DNA from: Squalus acanthias
Lineage: Eukaryota
Reading direction: 5' to 3'
Assembly: GCA_030390025.1 (NCBI GenBank)
Contig: CM059432.1
Coordinates: 127,412,001-127,476,000, forward strand
Length of the DNA stretch: 64,000 bases
Each line of letters opens with the position of its first letter. Positions within the stretch are counted from its first letter, which is position 1. Of the stretch, positions 1 through 15,462 are shown one piece after another. Below the pieces are notes generated by a model, which saw only the letters and a list, made by a program, of their open reading frames with translations, was not told the DNA's origin and did no database searches. Made by a program: the position numbers and the translations under genes.

Positions 1-1702
1 GCCTGGCTGTTCATTTCTGCAATCAGCCGCTCCTCCTCTGCGTCCATTGCATTAGGAGTGTCTGGCATACTCTCCTTCTGGGGAGAAGGCTCCCGTTCTT
101 CCCTCCCCCCTCCATGGCGTGGCTGCAGCCCGCTGGGTCCTGGAGCTTCACCATCATCAGCCCCTTCCCCCCTGCTCCCCCGTTCTTCCCTCCCCCCCCA
201 ATGGCGTTGCTGCAGCCCGCTGGGTCCTGGAGCTTCACCATCATCAGCCCCTTCCCCCCTGCTCCCCCGTTCTTCCCTCCCCCCCCAATGGCGTTGCTGC
301 AGCCCGCTGGGTCCTGGAGCTTCACCATCATCAGCCCCTTCCCCCCTGCTCCCCTCCGGGGAAGGCGTGTTCCCAGTGTGGCCATGGGCTTCCTCGTGAG
401 AGGGTGGCACTGATGCTCCGGCTTCCTCTTCCTCCTCAGCTGCAGCATCACTCCCAGTGGCAGCTTCAGGGACCATCTCCTCAGCTGGTGAATCACCATC
501 TGAAAGCAGGGAGGTACAAGAGTGGCTTTAGCGTGAGGACAGGGTGGCAGTAAGGGAGGAATAAGTGCAGCGAGTTAGCAAGTTGGATTGAAAGTGTCAA
601 AGGCTGGTATTGTGAGGGACAAGTGGAAGGACAGAGGACAAAAAGGTGATGACCTTACCATTGCTGTCCACAACGGGGTCGGCGTCCCCAGTGGCGACGG
701 GACCGATCACCCGGCTTGCCACAATCCTGTGGACGCGCTCCTCCAGATCGCTGAGGGGTTGCAGCTGAAGCCGCCCTCCACCCGTCCGTTGCTGCTGTCT
801 CCGATTATGAGCCAGCTTAGCCTGCAAGAAAAAGGACAGCATCTGAGTCAATATACAGCCATGGTCTTGCCTGATGTGCCTCCCATAGGTGAATAGCCCT
901 TACAATATGCAGCCATGGTCTTGCCTGATGTGCCTCCCATAGGTGAATAGCCCTTACTGTATGCAAAGTGTGGAATGTGTGTGTGTGTTTGATGAAAGGG
1001 CCATAGGTGTTGCATGAGTGTTGTGCATTGGGGTTTTAAGACCCTCTGGCCATATAGTGAGGTTGAGATGGAGGGATGGAGAGGTATTGAGAAAAAGCCA
1101 CTCACCCTGATGACCCGAGTGAGGTCGTTGAATTTTTTGCGGCACTGAACATGGGTCCTGGGCACCATGCTCCTGGAGGAGACGCTCTGAGCCACCTCCC
1201 TCCACACTCTTCTGAACTCGCGTGGCAAAGGCCTCCTGCCACTCTCCGGGAACAGCATGCATCGTCTGCGCTCCACTGCGCCAACCAGAGCATCCAAGGC
1301 CCGCTCGGTGAAGCGATGAGCGCGTTCTCTCACCCTCTCCATGCTTGGCAGCAAAATGGATTACAGGTCTCTCCAGGCTGAGATTCAAGGCTGCAATGAG
1401 CAGGGTGTGGCTGGGGAGCAAGTGGCCCCCCCCCCCGCTTTAAGAAGTGTCCGGCGCCAGTGTGTCTGTGTTCCCTCGCTAACTGGCAGCAGCTGCGCTG
1501 CGCTCGTGCGCTGAGGTAGCGCCTCACTCCTAGGCCTTTGCGCCTTAAGAGAGGTGTGCAGCGCCTAATTTAGCGCTCCACTCACCTCCCGGGGCGGTAA
1601 AAGTGAAGTTTCCTGTCAGTGCCGATAATTAGCGCCAGGCGCTAATATTTGTGCGCGGACGATATTTGCGCCCCAAATGGGGCGCGACCTAATTTCTACC
1701 CC
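1..1702 (-). mobile_element. Harbinger/PIF DNA transposon, Myb-like gene end (truncated by window edge), in a FER1L6 intron
   Basis: Near-identical to 54190-56126; ends in TIR ...aatttctacccc at 1702 followed by taa; carries Myb-like exon MERVRERAHRFTERALDAL...CRKKFNDL. Confidence 0.93.
114..355. repeat. 87-bp coding tandem repeat (~3 units) in Harbinger Myb-like gene exon 3
   Basis: atggcgt.gctgcagcccgctggg recurs at 114, 201 and 288. Confidence 0.9.
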
Positions 1703-1730
1703 TAAATGTTTCAAATTTCAAGTATATCCT

Positions 1731-2715
<985 letters not shown>

Positions 2716-4477
2716 TGAAGTATTGTCCTTTCATATCGGAAACCTGATTTCAAATCTAACTCCAAGGCAATCAATAGACATAAAAAGACAAGGGTTTAGA
2801 TCTTCCGCTTTTGAGGAATTGGGAGCACCTTCGGCATGGTGAGACTTCCACCTGCCACAAAGATTCACTCTTGACAGCGGCCGTTTTTTTTTTTAGCCTC
2901 ACGGTCATTTCAAATCTATTTTTGAAGTCTACCTGGATTAGGAGCAGTAATTGTTCGTGCTGGGCCCTGATCGCCTGGAACAGTGCAGCTCTGCGGGCGC
3001 AAAAGTTTAAATGTAAAAAAACTTGGTACCTAAGCCTCTGCAAGGGTATGTTACGCTACTGGTTTTTGTACATGCCTAGCAAGCCAGAAGTGGTGAGTTG
3101 AAAACCCACCATGGCATTTTCTGAAATTAAATTTGATAAATCTGGTGATTTGTGGGTTGGCAACTGAAAAAATTGACCGTTAAAGCCACCATTTTGTTGT
3201 CAAAACTCAACTGGCCCACTAATGTCCTTTAGGGAAGGGAGCCATTCGAACTTTAGCCGGTCTGGCCTACATATAACTCCAGTCCCACACTACGTGATTG
3301 GTTCTTCAGGGCAACTAGGGATGGGCAATAAACACCGCTTTGCTAGCATTGTCCACATCCCAAGTACAAGTACATTTTTAAAAATTGATGACATCGGTTT
3401 TTGGGGAACTTACATTTGAAATGACCCTTGCAGTAGATGCCGGTGATGAATAGGGATCCCTCAGGCCAGCATTGCAATGGCATAAATGGTGGATTATACG
3501 TTGGATGACGTATTTTTGTCATTCCCTTATTATTTCAATGCGCCCACTTGTGTACAGGTGGGCATGTTATAACCTCCTCCCATCCCATCAGTTCTGATGG
3601 GACATCCTGGAAATGGTGCCGCAGCTCAGAAACAGGGCTTCCCAGCGTAACTCCAGGGGAAAACCTACCACACTAATTGCAAATGCTGGAAGTCAGAAAT
3701 AAAAACAGCAAACGCTGGACATACGCAGCAAGTCTGTGAGCATCTCTGTAAGTAGGGAGATAGTTGGATGTTTTGGGTAAAGATTACAGAAATGTTAGTT
3801 GTTGGCATTATACAGGGTATGAAACCGGTTCAGTTAGTTTTCCTCAATTCTACTGTAGTTTTGTATCCAGAGTAGAGATAAAGCTGATCAAAATCTAAAT
3901 TGGGTCAGAATTTGCTTATTTAGAAAACAGTGTTCATGTTAGGGACTTCATTTCCCACATTTAATTGAAGGCAAAACCACTTGGATAGCATCATGTAATA
4001 GAGATACAACAATTGGCCTCAACACCCTTCTGCTAGAGAGGGGAAAAAATCGGCAAGAGTTGCTGTTTGAATACACCCTTAGCTCACTTACCCACAATTC
4101 TGAAGTAAATAATTTCGAAGGGATCGATTGTCAGATCATTTTTATCTTTAAAAAAAAAATGGAAGTATTCAATATTGGTGTCCATCGCATTATTTTCCTT
4201 ATTCTAGAATTCATCCAGATTCTCTGATTGGCCTCCCGGGATCTTGTGGCAATGTGTTTGTAGATATAATAGTTCCAAATATCAACTATTCAAACTTGTC
4301 CTCTGACCTTTTTGTTCAACTCACGGTAGTGGTGATGACACCACCAGGGAAATCTTCTAATCTGCCCATCCCATCCTGCCCTAGCTTCTCCTACAAGAGT
4401 GGCATGAAGCTATGAAGAAGGATCCAGCATGGACAGGTAACCACTGAGCTCATGGTGTCATTTCTGGGCTCAGAAAG

Positions 4478-4720
4478 AATCATAGAATGATACAGCACAG
4501 AAGGAGGCCATTTGGCTCACCGTGCCTCTGGAGCTATCCAAATAATTCCACTCCCCCGTTCTTTCCCCATAGCCCTGCAATTTTTTTCTCCTTCAAGTAT
4601 TTATCCAATTCCCTTTTGAAAGTTACTGTTGAATCTGCTTCCACCACTCTTTCAGGCAGTGCATTCCAGATCATAACAACTTGCTGCGTAGTGTTTTTTT
4701 CTCCTCATGTCGCCTCTGGT
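4478..4720 (-). mobile_element. CR1 LINE 3' end fragment
   Basis: atcatagaat...cacagaaggaggccatt tail shared with the other CR1 copies in the window. Confidence 0.7.
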
Positions 4721-4736
4721 TACATAGAATTATTAA

Positions 4737-5787
4737 GGGGTTTATTTTGGTGAAAGGGCAAAAATGGGCGCTAAATGGGTGCTGTGCTAATAACATGCGC
4801 CTGTTTGAAAGTCTGGTTTTAGTATGCAATTTTGGCCCTAATTGCTGATTACCATAATTTGAAGTTGCCTGGAGGTGCTAAAGCAGACACCTGCAGGTTT
4901 AGCACTCAAGTGCTGATTAGACACAATTTTCGTGGAGCAGTGTATGTGGGCTCGACGCAGCCACTCCCACTGAAGGTGTGTCATGTGCTGGCTGGCACAC
5001 AGCGGCACATTTCAGGATGGCTCAGGGACCGAGTGAGAGGGCGCACAGGGTCTCGAATATGGCACTGGAGGTCCTGGAGGAGGGGGTCCAGAGGAGAAGG
5101 GATGTCCTGTACCCGCAGGGTGGGGGAAGGAGTCCATCTCGGCCTCCTGTCCCTTCCTCCTGCAGCAGCTGGTGCTGCTCTGCCTGGCCTCCTGCCCTCC
5201 TCCCATTCCTCCCGCAGACCGAGGGGGACCCCTAGCACGATAGCGATGACCAAGCACTCCCTTTCTCCTGGTGACTCCTATAAGGTGTCTAGTAAGGTAG
5301 AATAGCACAGCACTCTCTCTATTTAGGTGAAGTCCTCAGAGAATTTCCAGAATAAATGTTGCTCGAGTGTTGATGAAGTCTTGACAATGTGTCCCACAAA
5401 GTCTCCCGATGTGTCTCAAAAGCCCTCTTCAAACCTCCAGGAGCAAGTGAACAGTAAAAGGGGATATACCTTTAAGTAGCACTCGAAATCCTCAGCAACG
5501 ACGTGTTTACTACCAATCAGCCGGTTGCTATTAGGAGAGGGCGTTAGGTCAAGTGCTGGCCACCAAAATGCCGTGCAGCCTCCTTAATGAGCACTAGCAG
5601 GCAACTTAAGTGGCAGTCAGCCCCCTAACGATCCTTCGGGCGGCCGTTCCTAGCGCAAGCTTCAATTCCTTTTCCAAGATGGCGTCTGGCGTAAAATGCG
5701 GGCAAAAACGTTTTTTCAGCTTAAGACCCCATCTTGGCCACCTTGGAAGATCTTTACCACCTAAGGTATCCAGGGAAAATCGCCCCC
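4737..5787. mobile_element. Degenerate, internally deleted Harbinger derivative
   Basis: GGGG.. / ..aaaatcgccccc ends; Myb-like remnant ERAHRVSNMALEVLEEGVQRRRDVLYP at ~5030-5130. Confidence 0.6.
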
Positions 5788-6445
5788 ATAGAATTTACAG
5801 CACAGAAATGGGCCATTCACCCCAACTGGTCCATGCCAGTGTTTATGCTCCACATGAGCCTCCTCCCACACCTCTTCATCTCACCCTATCAGCATATCCT
5901 TCTATTCCTTTCTCCCTCATGTACTTATCTAGCTTCCCCTTGTGCTCTGCTGGGCCGCTGATTGCACACCTCTCGGCATTTACAGGTATATTTTACTCTT
6001 GTCGTGAATGTGAATGAATAAAGTTAGTGCCATTATCAGTGACTTATTTTTCTGCCCAAATAGGTTCTGAGGCGAAGTCGTTTTTACATCTTAAGGGGAA
6101 TGAATCTCAGATTTTTTTAATGATTGGTAGTAATTTTCATCCAGCTCCTTCCAAGCTAAACCAGCTCCTTCCAAGCATCCTGAATGTAAATGTTGCCACA
6201 AATTCATTGGTTATTTTCCCTGCTTCTTCTGTTGACAGTTGGCCTGGCTTCCCCACTGGTGGCGAATGTGGTGATGCTCGGTAACTGCGGAGAAAAAAAG
6301 TAGGATTTAAAATGTAGAGACGATTGGAAAAAAGGGAATGGATGAAATATTGACTTCACAACATTGTCCATAATCTGAAGGGACTTATCCAATGTAAGCA
6401 GTTTTTCATGTGCATTTGTATTTTTCTGACCCCTTCTGTTTGCAG

Positions 6446-6609
6446 GATCTGTGGAACTTGATCTGAACGGATTTCCTAATGGTGCAAAAGCAGCTAAGAA
6501 ATGTGACTTGGATATGATCGCAGAGGATTCTGAGGCTAAACTTATCTCCATATTTCAGCAAAAACGTCTGCGGGGTTGGTGGCCTTTAGAAAAGTCAGGT
6601 GACCTCACT
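6446..6609 (+). CDS. FER1L6: FER1L6 internal exon
   Basis: tgcag|GA...ACT|gtaagt; SVELDLNGFPNGAKAAKKC...SIFQQKRLRGWWPLEKSGDLT; phase-compatible with neighbouring exons. Confidence 0.92.
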
Positions 6610-7619
6610 GTAAGTACAGTACTTCCTGTCCGTAACAAATAAAATTCAACTAAACTTCTACCACATGAAAAAGAAACAGGGGACTGAGTGATACAGTGAG
6701 TTAGACAACTTTCCTTTCCTCATTGGCAAGCTGAGTTTGATTTACCCAGAGAAAGCCTCCTCTCTATTAGCTATGAGTAAAGTGAGTTGGGCAGTCTCTA
6801 CCAATGTTCCCTTTCATTTTATTTGGGTGCGCGGCCACTTTAAGGGGCAGCGCAGCCCATTCAAAATACCGTGCATTTCTGCCGGCTGCGATGAGCCCCC
6901 CTCCCGCTCTCCTCAAGCAACCCGAAGTTCGATTGTTCAGCTGGGCGAGCTGCCTATGGAGGTGTGACAGGTGGCGACAGCTCACCACGATTCTTTAGAT
7001 GAGGCCCGAGGACCAATTTTCCATGATCTTCGGGCCTCCATTCAGGCACAGGGATTGTTCCCTGTGCCCATTTTGACACTTGAAAACTGGCCTGAACGAA
7101 TTTCTAGACCTGCATTTTTTAGCTCAAGCTCTACCACATTCTGCTGGATAGAATTAATCAACAGAGTGCTAACTCGTATATTTAAATTCCACTCAATTTC
7201 CTTTCTGTCCCTCCCCTTTAAGGCAGTGGCTTATCAGTATTATTCCACAGCCACTTGTTTAGGCTAGAGGTGTCTACTGCTTAATTAGTAGGGTATGATA
7301 GCCTAGTGGGTATGGTACTGGACGAGTAACCCGGAGGTCATGAGTTTATAATCCCACCCAGGGTAAATTCTGAAATTGAATTCAGCAAGAGACCCTGCCA
7401 CATCTACCTGGTCTGGCCTACATGTGACTTCAGTCCCACAATATTTGGTTGACTCTAAATGCCCTCAAAGCAATCAGAGATTGGCAATAAATGCTTTGCC
7501 ATAATAAATAAATCCCAAGAGAAAATATAAAAAATATATATATTTGGGTTTTTTCAGGATGGTGAGCAGACACCTTGGGATTAAGGAGGCAGATAGCAGA
7601 TAACTCACATTAGGGAGTA

Positions 7620-8790
7620 TCATAGAATCAGAGAAATTTATGGCACAGAAGGAGACCATTTGGCCCATCGTGTCTGTGCCGGCGGAAAAAGAGCTATCCA
7701 GCCTAATCCCACTTTCCCGGTCTTGGTCCATAGCCCTGTAGGTTGCAGCACTTCAAGTGCATATCCAAGTACATTTTAAATGTGATCAGAGTTTTTGCCT
7801 CTACCACCCTTTGAGGCAGTGAATTCCAGATACCCCCCCCCACCACACCACCACCACCCTCTGGGTGAAAATTGTTCTCCTCAACTTCCCTCTAATCCTT
7901 CTACCAATTACTTTAAATCTATGCCCCCGGTTATTGACCTCTCTGCTAAGGGAAATAGGTCCTTCCTAGCCACTCTATCTAGGCTCCTCATAATTTTATA
8001 CACCTCAATTAAATCTCTGCTCGGCCTCCTCTGCTGCAAAGAAAACAACCCCAGCCTGTCCAATCTTTCCTCATAGCTAAAATTCCCCAGTCCAGGCAAC
8101 ATCCTCGTAAATCTCCTCTGTACCCTCTCTAGTGCAATCACATCTTTCCTGTAATGCGGTGACCAGAACTGTACACAGTACTCCAGCTGTGGCCTAACTA
8201 GTGTTTTATACAGTCCTAGCATAACCTCCCTGCTCTTGTATTCTATGCCTTGGCTAATAAAGGAAAGTATCCTGTATGCCTTCTTAACCACCTTATCTAC
8301 CTTCAGGGATCTGTGGACATGCACTCCAAGGTCCCTCTGTTCCTTTACATTTCTCAGTATCCTACCACGTATTGTGTATTCCCTTTCCTTGTTAGCCCTC
8401 CCCAAATGCATTCCCTCACACTTCTCCGGATTGAATTCCATTTGCCACCTTTCTGCCTACCTGACCACTCCATTGACATTCTCCTGCAGTCTACAGCTTT
8501 CTTCCTCACTGTCAACCACACGGCCAATTTTTGTATCATCTACAAACTTCTTAATCATGCCCCCTATATTGAGGTCTAAATCATTGATATATACCACAAA
8601 GCAAGGGACCTAGTACTGAGCCCTGTGGAACCCCACTGGAAACAGCCTTCCAGTCACAAGAACACCCGTCGACCGTTATGCTTTTCTTCCTGCCACTGAC
8701 CAATTTTGGATGCAACTTGCCACTTTCCCTTGTATCCCATGGGCTTTAAATTTTCTGACCAGTCTGCCATGTGGGACCTTGTCAAAAGCC
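7620..8790 (-). mobile_element. CR1 LINE, 5'-truncated (RT C-terminal part)
   Basis: ORF 7908-8441 (FNPEKC...LEYCVQFWSP...RDLIEVYKIM) plus CR1 tail. Confidence 0.9.
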
Positions 8791-8817
8791 TTGTCAGAAA
8801 GAGTATTAAGTCATCCT

Positions 8818-9310
8818 ACATAGAATCATACAGCACAGGAGGAGGCCATTCAGCCCATTGTGCAGGTGCCAGCTCTTTGAAAGAGCTATCCAATTCGTCT
8901 CACTCACCTGTTCTTTCCCTGTAAATTTTTCCTTTTCATGTATTTGTCCAATTTGCTTTTGAAAGTTACTATTGAATCTGATTCCACCACCCTTTCAGGT
9001 AATGCATTCCAGATCACCATAACTCGCTGCATTAAAAAAAATTCTCCTCATCTCCCCTCTGGTTCTTTTGCAAATTATCTTAAATCTGTGCCCTCTGGTT
9101 ATTGACCCTTATGATGGTGGAAACAGTTTCTCCCTATGTACTCTACCAAGACCCCTCAACATTTTGAACACCTCTATTAAATCTCCCCTTAACCTTCTCT
9201 GCTCTAAAGAAAACAATCCGAGCTTATCTAATTTCCCCACATAACTGAAGTCTCTCATCCCTGGTACCATTCTAGTAAATCTCCTCTAAACCCTCTCCAA
9301 GGCCTTGGCA
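8818..9310 (-). mobile_element. CR1 LINE 3' fragment
   Basis: Same tail and ORF2-end sequence as the adjacent CR1 copies. Confidence 0.75.
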
Positions 9311-10050
9311 TGCTTGTAATAATATTGAGTAAAATTAAATTAAAAATAAAACACTGTTATGGGAATAAATACACAGCAAGGAATCGTGTAAATCCAGTTT
9401 ACATAATTCATGAAGAAAATCGTCATAAACTCACTCTTGAATTATTAGGGGTTCCTGATTCATAGAATAAGCGAGATGGCCCACTGTCTCCCATTAGGTA
9501 TCCTCTACATAGCCTACCATTTCCTAACCTCAATAACATGTTTCTATAGAGCAGACTCCAGCCGAATTTACATTGGAACAGTGAAAGCTAACTGGTTGAG
9601 ACTGCACGATGGCCATCCCTAAGAAGAATATTTGTGCCAGTACATTTTAATTAATGATCATTAGCTAACCATTTGGCCAACAGCATTGGTTTCTGTTACT
9701 GAGAAACCCAGATCAAGGGCTTGGGTCTATGGTGCAGAAAATCACCGAGGGTGAAAAAGTTGGCGAGAAAATGTGATAAATCAATAAGTAACCATTAGGT
9801 GACCCAGCGTTTGGGTTTTAAAAACTTATTGATTATAGAAAGGAGGGAAAACTGAGGGAGGGAAGAAAGTCCACCATCGGAGGATAGTATGAGTCATTGT
9901 AGAAGATGTGGTGACAAGTCTCGATTTCAACACAGTGAGGATGGAGGGAAGGGGAAAGAGCATACAGGATGGCAGATTTGGAGTTTAAGCGGATCAGTCC
10001 GAGTAGTAATTGATTAAAATAAAGAAGGATTGTAATGAAGAGAGAAGAGA

Positions 10051-10519
10051 GAAAGAAAGAAAGACTTGCATTTATATAGCGCCTTTCACGACCACTGGAC
10101 GTCTCAAAGCACTTTACAGCCAATGAAGTACTTTTGGAGTGTAGTCACTGTTGTAATGTGGGAAACGCAGCAGCCAATTTGCGCACAGCAAGCTCCCACA
10201 AACAGCAATGTGATACTGACCAGATAAACTGTTTTAGTGATGTTGATTGAGGGATAAATATTGGCCAGGACACCAGGGATAACTCCTCTGCTCTTCTTCA
10301 AAACAGTGCCATGGGATCTTTTATGTCCACCTGAGAGGCCAGACGGGGCCTCGGTTTAACGTCTCATCCGAAAGGTGGCACCTCCAACAGTGCAGCACTC
10401 CCTCAGCACTGCACTGGAGTGTCAGCCTAGATTTATGTGCTCAAGTCCCTGGAGTGGGACTTGAACCCACAACCTTCTGACTCAGAGGCGAGAGTTCTAC
10501 CCACTGAGCCACAGCTGAC
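10051..10519 (-). mobile_element. tRNA-derived SINE (SacSINE1/DeuSINE-like)
   Basis: Minus-strand A box TGGCTCAGTGG, B box GGTTCAAGTCC, tail ggcgctatataaatgcaagtctttctttc; second copy at 50237-50680; family name is from recall. Confidence 0.85.
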
Positions 10520-10598
10520 GCAGAAGTTGGAGGTTAGAGGTGACAGAGGATTGCCAAACAAACAAGATTCTCCTTTTATCTTGTCAGGAGTGCAGGAG

Positions 10599-11708
10599 AT
10601 AGAAACATAGAAGATAGGAGCAGGAGTAGGCCATTCGGCCACTTGAGCCTGTTCCGCCATTTAATGAGATCATGGCTGATCATCCAAATTCAGTACCCTG
10701 TCCCTGCTTGCTCCCCATATCCCTTGATCCCTTTAGCCTTAAGAAATATATCTAACTCCTTCTTGAATATATTTAATGAATTGGCCTCAACTGCCTTGTG
10801 TGGTAGAGAATTCCACAGGTTCACCACTCTCTGGGTGAAGAAATTCCTCCTCATCTCAGTCCTAAATGGCTTACCCCTTATCCTTAGACTGTGACCCCTG
10901 GTTCTGGACTCCCCCGCCATCGGAACATCCTTCCTGCATCTAGTCTGTCTAGTCCTGTTAGAATTTTATAAATTTCAATGAGATCCCCTCTCATTCTTCT
11001 AAACTCTAGCGAATACAAGCCCAATTGACCCAATCTCTCTTCATACGTCATTCCTGCCATCCCAGGTATCAGTCTGGTGAATCTTCGCTGCACTCCCTCC
11101 ATGGCAAGAACATCCTTCCTCAGATAAGGCGACCAAAACTGCACACAATACTCAAGGTGTGGTCTCACCAAGGCCCTGTACAACTGCAGCAAGACATCCT
11201 TGCTCCTGTACTCAAACCCTCTCGCTATGAAGGCCAACATACCATTTGGCTTCTTAACCGCCTGCTGCACCTGCATGCTTACCTTCAGCGACTGGTGCAC
11301 AAGGACACCCAAGTCTCGTTGCACTTCCCCTTTTCCCAATCTATTACCGTTCAGATAATAATCTGTCTTCCTGTTTTTACCACCAAAGTGGATAACCTCG
11401 CATTTATCCACATTATACTGCATCTGCCATGCATCTGCCCAATCACCCAACCTGTCCAAATCATACTGGAGTTTCTCTGCATCCTCCTCACAGCACACAC
11501 GCCCACCCAGCTTTGTGTCGTCTGCAAACTTGGAGATATTACACCTAGTTCCCTCATCTATATCATTAATATATATTGTGAATAGATGGGGTCCTAGCAC
11601 CGATCCCTGCGGTACCCCACTAGTCACTGCCTGCCACTCGGAAAAAGACCCATTTATTCCAACTCTTTGCTTCCTGTCTGCCAACCAGTTCTCTATCCAA
11701 GTCAGTAC
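10599..11708 (-). mobile_element. CR1 LINE, 5'-truncated RT
   Basis: SGVPQGSVLGP...KFADDTK...LEYCVQFWSP in ORF 10884-11939. Confidence 0.93.
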
Positions 11709-12119
11709 CTTACTCACTGTTCTCTCCTGTCTCTCCCGGCAGAGTAGTAGGTGCAGGCAGGTAGTGCAGGGGTCCCCTGTGGCCATCCCCCTCTCAAACA
11801 GATATACCACTTTGGATATTGTTGAGGGAGATGGCTTATCGGGGGAAGGCAGCAGCAGCCAACTTCCTGGCACCATGGGTGGTTCTGCTGCACAGGACAG
11901 GAGGAAGGTGTTAGAAGAGCATCCTTGATGTGGGAGCATTAATCAAATTCTAATCTACTAATAGATGCATTTTAAAAAGAAAATACACCTGTTAATAACA
12001 CCCATTCCTGCACTGATCAACACTCTCAACCTAAAATTTGTACTTTTGTTATTCATGGTATTTTTTGCTCACAAGTGACACATGTGCTGCTATTCATGAT
12101 TTTGACACAACTAATTTAG

Positions 12120-12221
<102 letters not shown>

Positions 12222-12681
12222 TAAGTTTGGTTTCACTGCTGAAGATTATAGAAGCTGGGGGTTTCAAGTGATCTGATCTGCACTTTCAAATTTTCTTGCA
12301 ACTTTCACTCACCATTGAAACACAAGCATGCATGTTTGTTCTGATAAATATATATTTTCATTATATTGAATTTATCTTTATTTGTTCCTTATGCAATATC
12401 ATTAGCTAGGGATATTGGAAAAAATCCACCAAAGTTGCATAAATTCTTCTTAGCCAAAGGTTACATTTTGGTAAGCGCGTAGGACTCGGTCGAGTTAAAT
12501 GTTGTTGAACTGTACAGGTTTTACTCCAACTTTAACCTAAGTGGTTTCTTAACAATTAAAGATCACTTCAATTTACTAAATGCTAACATTAACATTGCCT
12601 GTAGTTATTAGATCAGCACATTGTAAACTCTCCACCATAGTACTTATTGGGTTTTGATTATAAAGTTATTGCTGCTTGTTC

Positions 12682-15129
12682 GGGGCGATTTTCTCACTGG
12701 AGGCGAGATGGAGGCGGGTTTCGGTTTGGGTGGGTTTGAAACCCGCCTCCACTGATAGTTTTCAAAAAATTGCGATTTTCCCCTGATTGGCCACTTGATT
12801 TCAGAGGTGTGGGATGCCCTTGGTCAATTAGTGATTTGGGACTGAAACTCACCTCTGCTGATATCACTTTTCCAGTCTGATTTTATGCTTCTTGCTGCCT
12901 TGGCTCATTCCACTGGATTTCTGCCTATGCTGCACCACCTGCAACATATTCTGAGAAACCACTACGTCCAATTCCAAGGCAAGGGCCTCCCCAAGGCTCT
13001 CGGATGAGGCGCTGCAAATGTTGTTTGAGGGGGTGACAGCTAGCAGGGAGGTGCTCTTCCACTCATCTGGGAGGAAGAGGCCTCCCAAAGAAACCAAGGC
13101 TGTGTGGGTACAGCTGGCAAGGGATATAACCTCCAGATCTGTGTGCAGATTGCGAGAATGTTTCTGTGTATTGATGAAATGTCAGCCCTGTTGGAAAGCA
13201 TTAAAATGAGTTCATGCCAAAATGTTGGCTTTATGGCATCTGTTCTTTCACCTTAGGCAGCTCCACATTGCGGGCTCCGCCACACTTGCGTTGTCAGGTT
13301 GGTGGCCTGAGTGAAAGGAGGCCAGAGAGTCATGTCCATTGTCAATGATGTCTTAGGATGGAGCAAAGGACATGTGTCAACTTGGGCAACCTATGCAAAT
13401 CTAGCCAGGATAAGTTCATCCCTTGCATCCCGGGCAGCCATGTGCTCGCGTGCTGTCACTGCTGCTGGTTGATGCACCGGCACTCTGACCTCCTCCTGCT
13501 CCTCCTCCTCCTCCTCCAGATCCTCCTCCTCCTCCTCCAGATCCTCCTCTTCCTCAGCCCCCTCCTCCTCCTCCTCATCCTCATCTGAGGAGGGCTGGAA
13601 CTGAGCCACTTGCTCATCAGGAAGCTGCAAGCCACGACGCTGTGCGATGTTGTGCAGTGCACAGCAGACCACGACCATTCTGGAGACCCTGTACAGTGTA
13701 TACTGCAGGGCTCCCCCTGATCGGTCAAGGCAACGGAAGCACATCTTTGCTCGATGATGGACCTGGTCAAATTGTGGCTGGCGTTGTAGCGCTCTTCAGC
13801 CTCATTAGCTGGCCTCCTGATCAGCATCATTAGCCACTTCTTCAGGGGATAGCCTTTGTCACCAAGGAGCTATCCGTTAAGTTGGTTTGGCGGATTGAAA
13901 AGCGGAGGAACGCTAGAGTGCTGAAGGATGAAAGAGTCATGGCAACTACCACAGAACTTGGCGCAAACATGCAAAAACTCCTTGTGGTTACACACCAGCT
14001 GTACATTGAGGGAGTGGAAGCCCTTTCGGTTGACAAAGATAGTTGGGTTGTGATGGGGTGCCCTAAGAGCCACATGTGTGCAGTCTATGATGCCCTGCAA
14101 AGCCAACCAAACAGGCGGTTATACTTGCTTGATCCCTTGAGAACTGGATGTAATTGTGGGCCTTAGCAAAAAGGGCATCGGTTACCTGCATGATGCAACT
14201 GTGGGCGGCCGACTGGGAGATACTGCTGATGTCTGCTGATGATCCCTGGAAGGAGCCTGAGGCAAAGACGTTGAGTGCGGTGGTGACTTTGACAGCCACT
14301 GGTAAGGGGTGTCCACCCGTTCCTCTGGGCACCAGGTGTTGCTGCAGCAGTCCGCAGATTTCTCGGACAACCTCTCGCGAAAGTCTCAGCCTCCTTTGGC
14401 ACTGCTGCTCACTCATGTTGAGGTAGCTCATCCTTTGTCTGTAAACCCTCTGTCGGGGGTTTCTCCTGCGGCGAGGTGCCTCGATGCGCTGGCGCCTTCT
14501 GCCCCGTGCAGCATCAGGTGGCTGAGCAGGAGGTTGGGGCTCCTGCTGCTGTTGCTCCTGAGCTGCCTGGTTCTGCTGTTGCTGTGGATGCTCCTCATCC
14601 GAATCTGAGATCCATGGAGAAAGAAAACGAATGGTTCCCATGCTGCTTGCAGATGCCTCCATTGGGGAAGCGCTCATTGCAAGCAGGGAGAGGGTCTTCC
14701 AAGGAGGTCCCACAGTTGATAGATTCAAGCTGCAGCACCTCCGACTTCGGAAGGCCTTCTAAAAGTGCTCAAAGACTTTATAAAGCAAAGTTCTGGCACC
14801 TGCAACTAATCCCTGATGAAATAAACGATTTATTGTTGGACCTGCAGCTGTGAGGAGACCACCCACTAGTCAACCCGCCAGGTTTAGCTGGTGTGGTTTA
14901 GGAGGGTCGTGGAGCACGCCGAAATGCTCGAAAAATCACTATGGCCTCTCACAATAGGCTTAGAGAGGCCCTTAACGAGCATTTAATTCTCTTAACAAGC
15001 ACTATGGCCAGCTGGAGGCGGGACCATTTCCCGCCCTCCAAAACCGGCACCGGCAAAATTCCGAACCCGCCCTCATTGTTTCTGATTTTCCCGCCTAACC
15101 CACCTCCTCGGACGTCAGAAAATCGCCCC
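12682..15129 (-). mobile_element. Decayed two-gene Harbinger element in the last FER1L6 intron
   Basis: 13-bp TIR ggggcgattttct / agaaaatcgcccc; frameshifted transposase on - strand 13391-14728 ([17 protein letters not shown]-like, poly-E); Myb remnant on + strand ~12980-13140 (RLSDEALQMLFEGV..REVLF). Confidence 0.85.
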
Positions 15130-15261
15130 CTACATTTAGGAGTTTGCCATCTTGTGGTTGTATGGAGTGGGTTGTGTCCCTCGACAAACACATTTGTAGT
15201 ATTTTAGTTTTAAAAGGGTCATCAACACTGTACTCACACTGGTCTTAAACTGTTTTAATAG

Positions 15262-15462
<201 letters not shown>

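Noticed and set aside
10440..10519. tRNA gene
   Set aside because: The A/B boxes are the head of a multi-copy SINE
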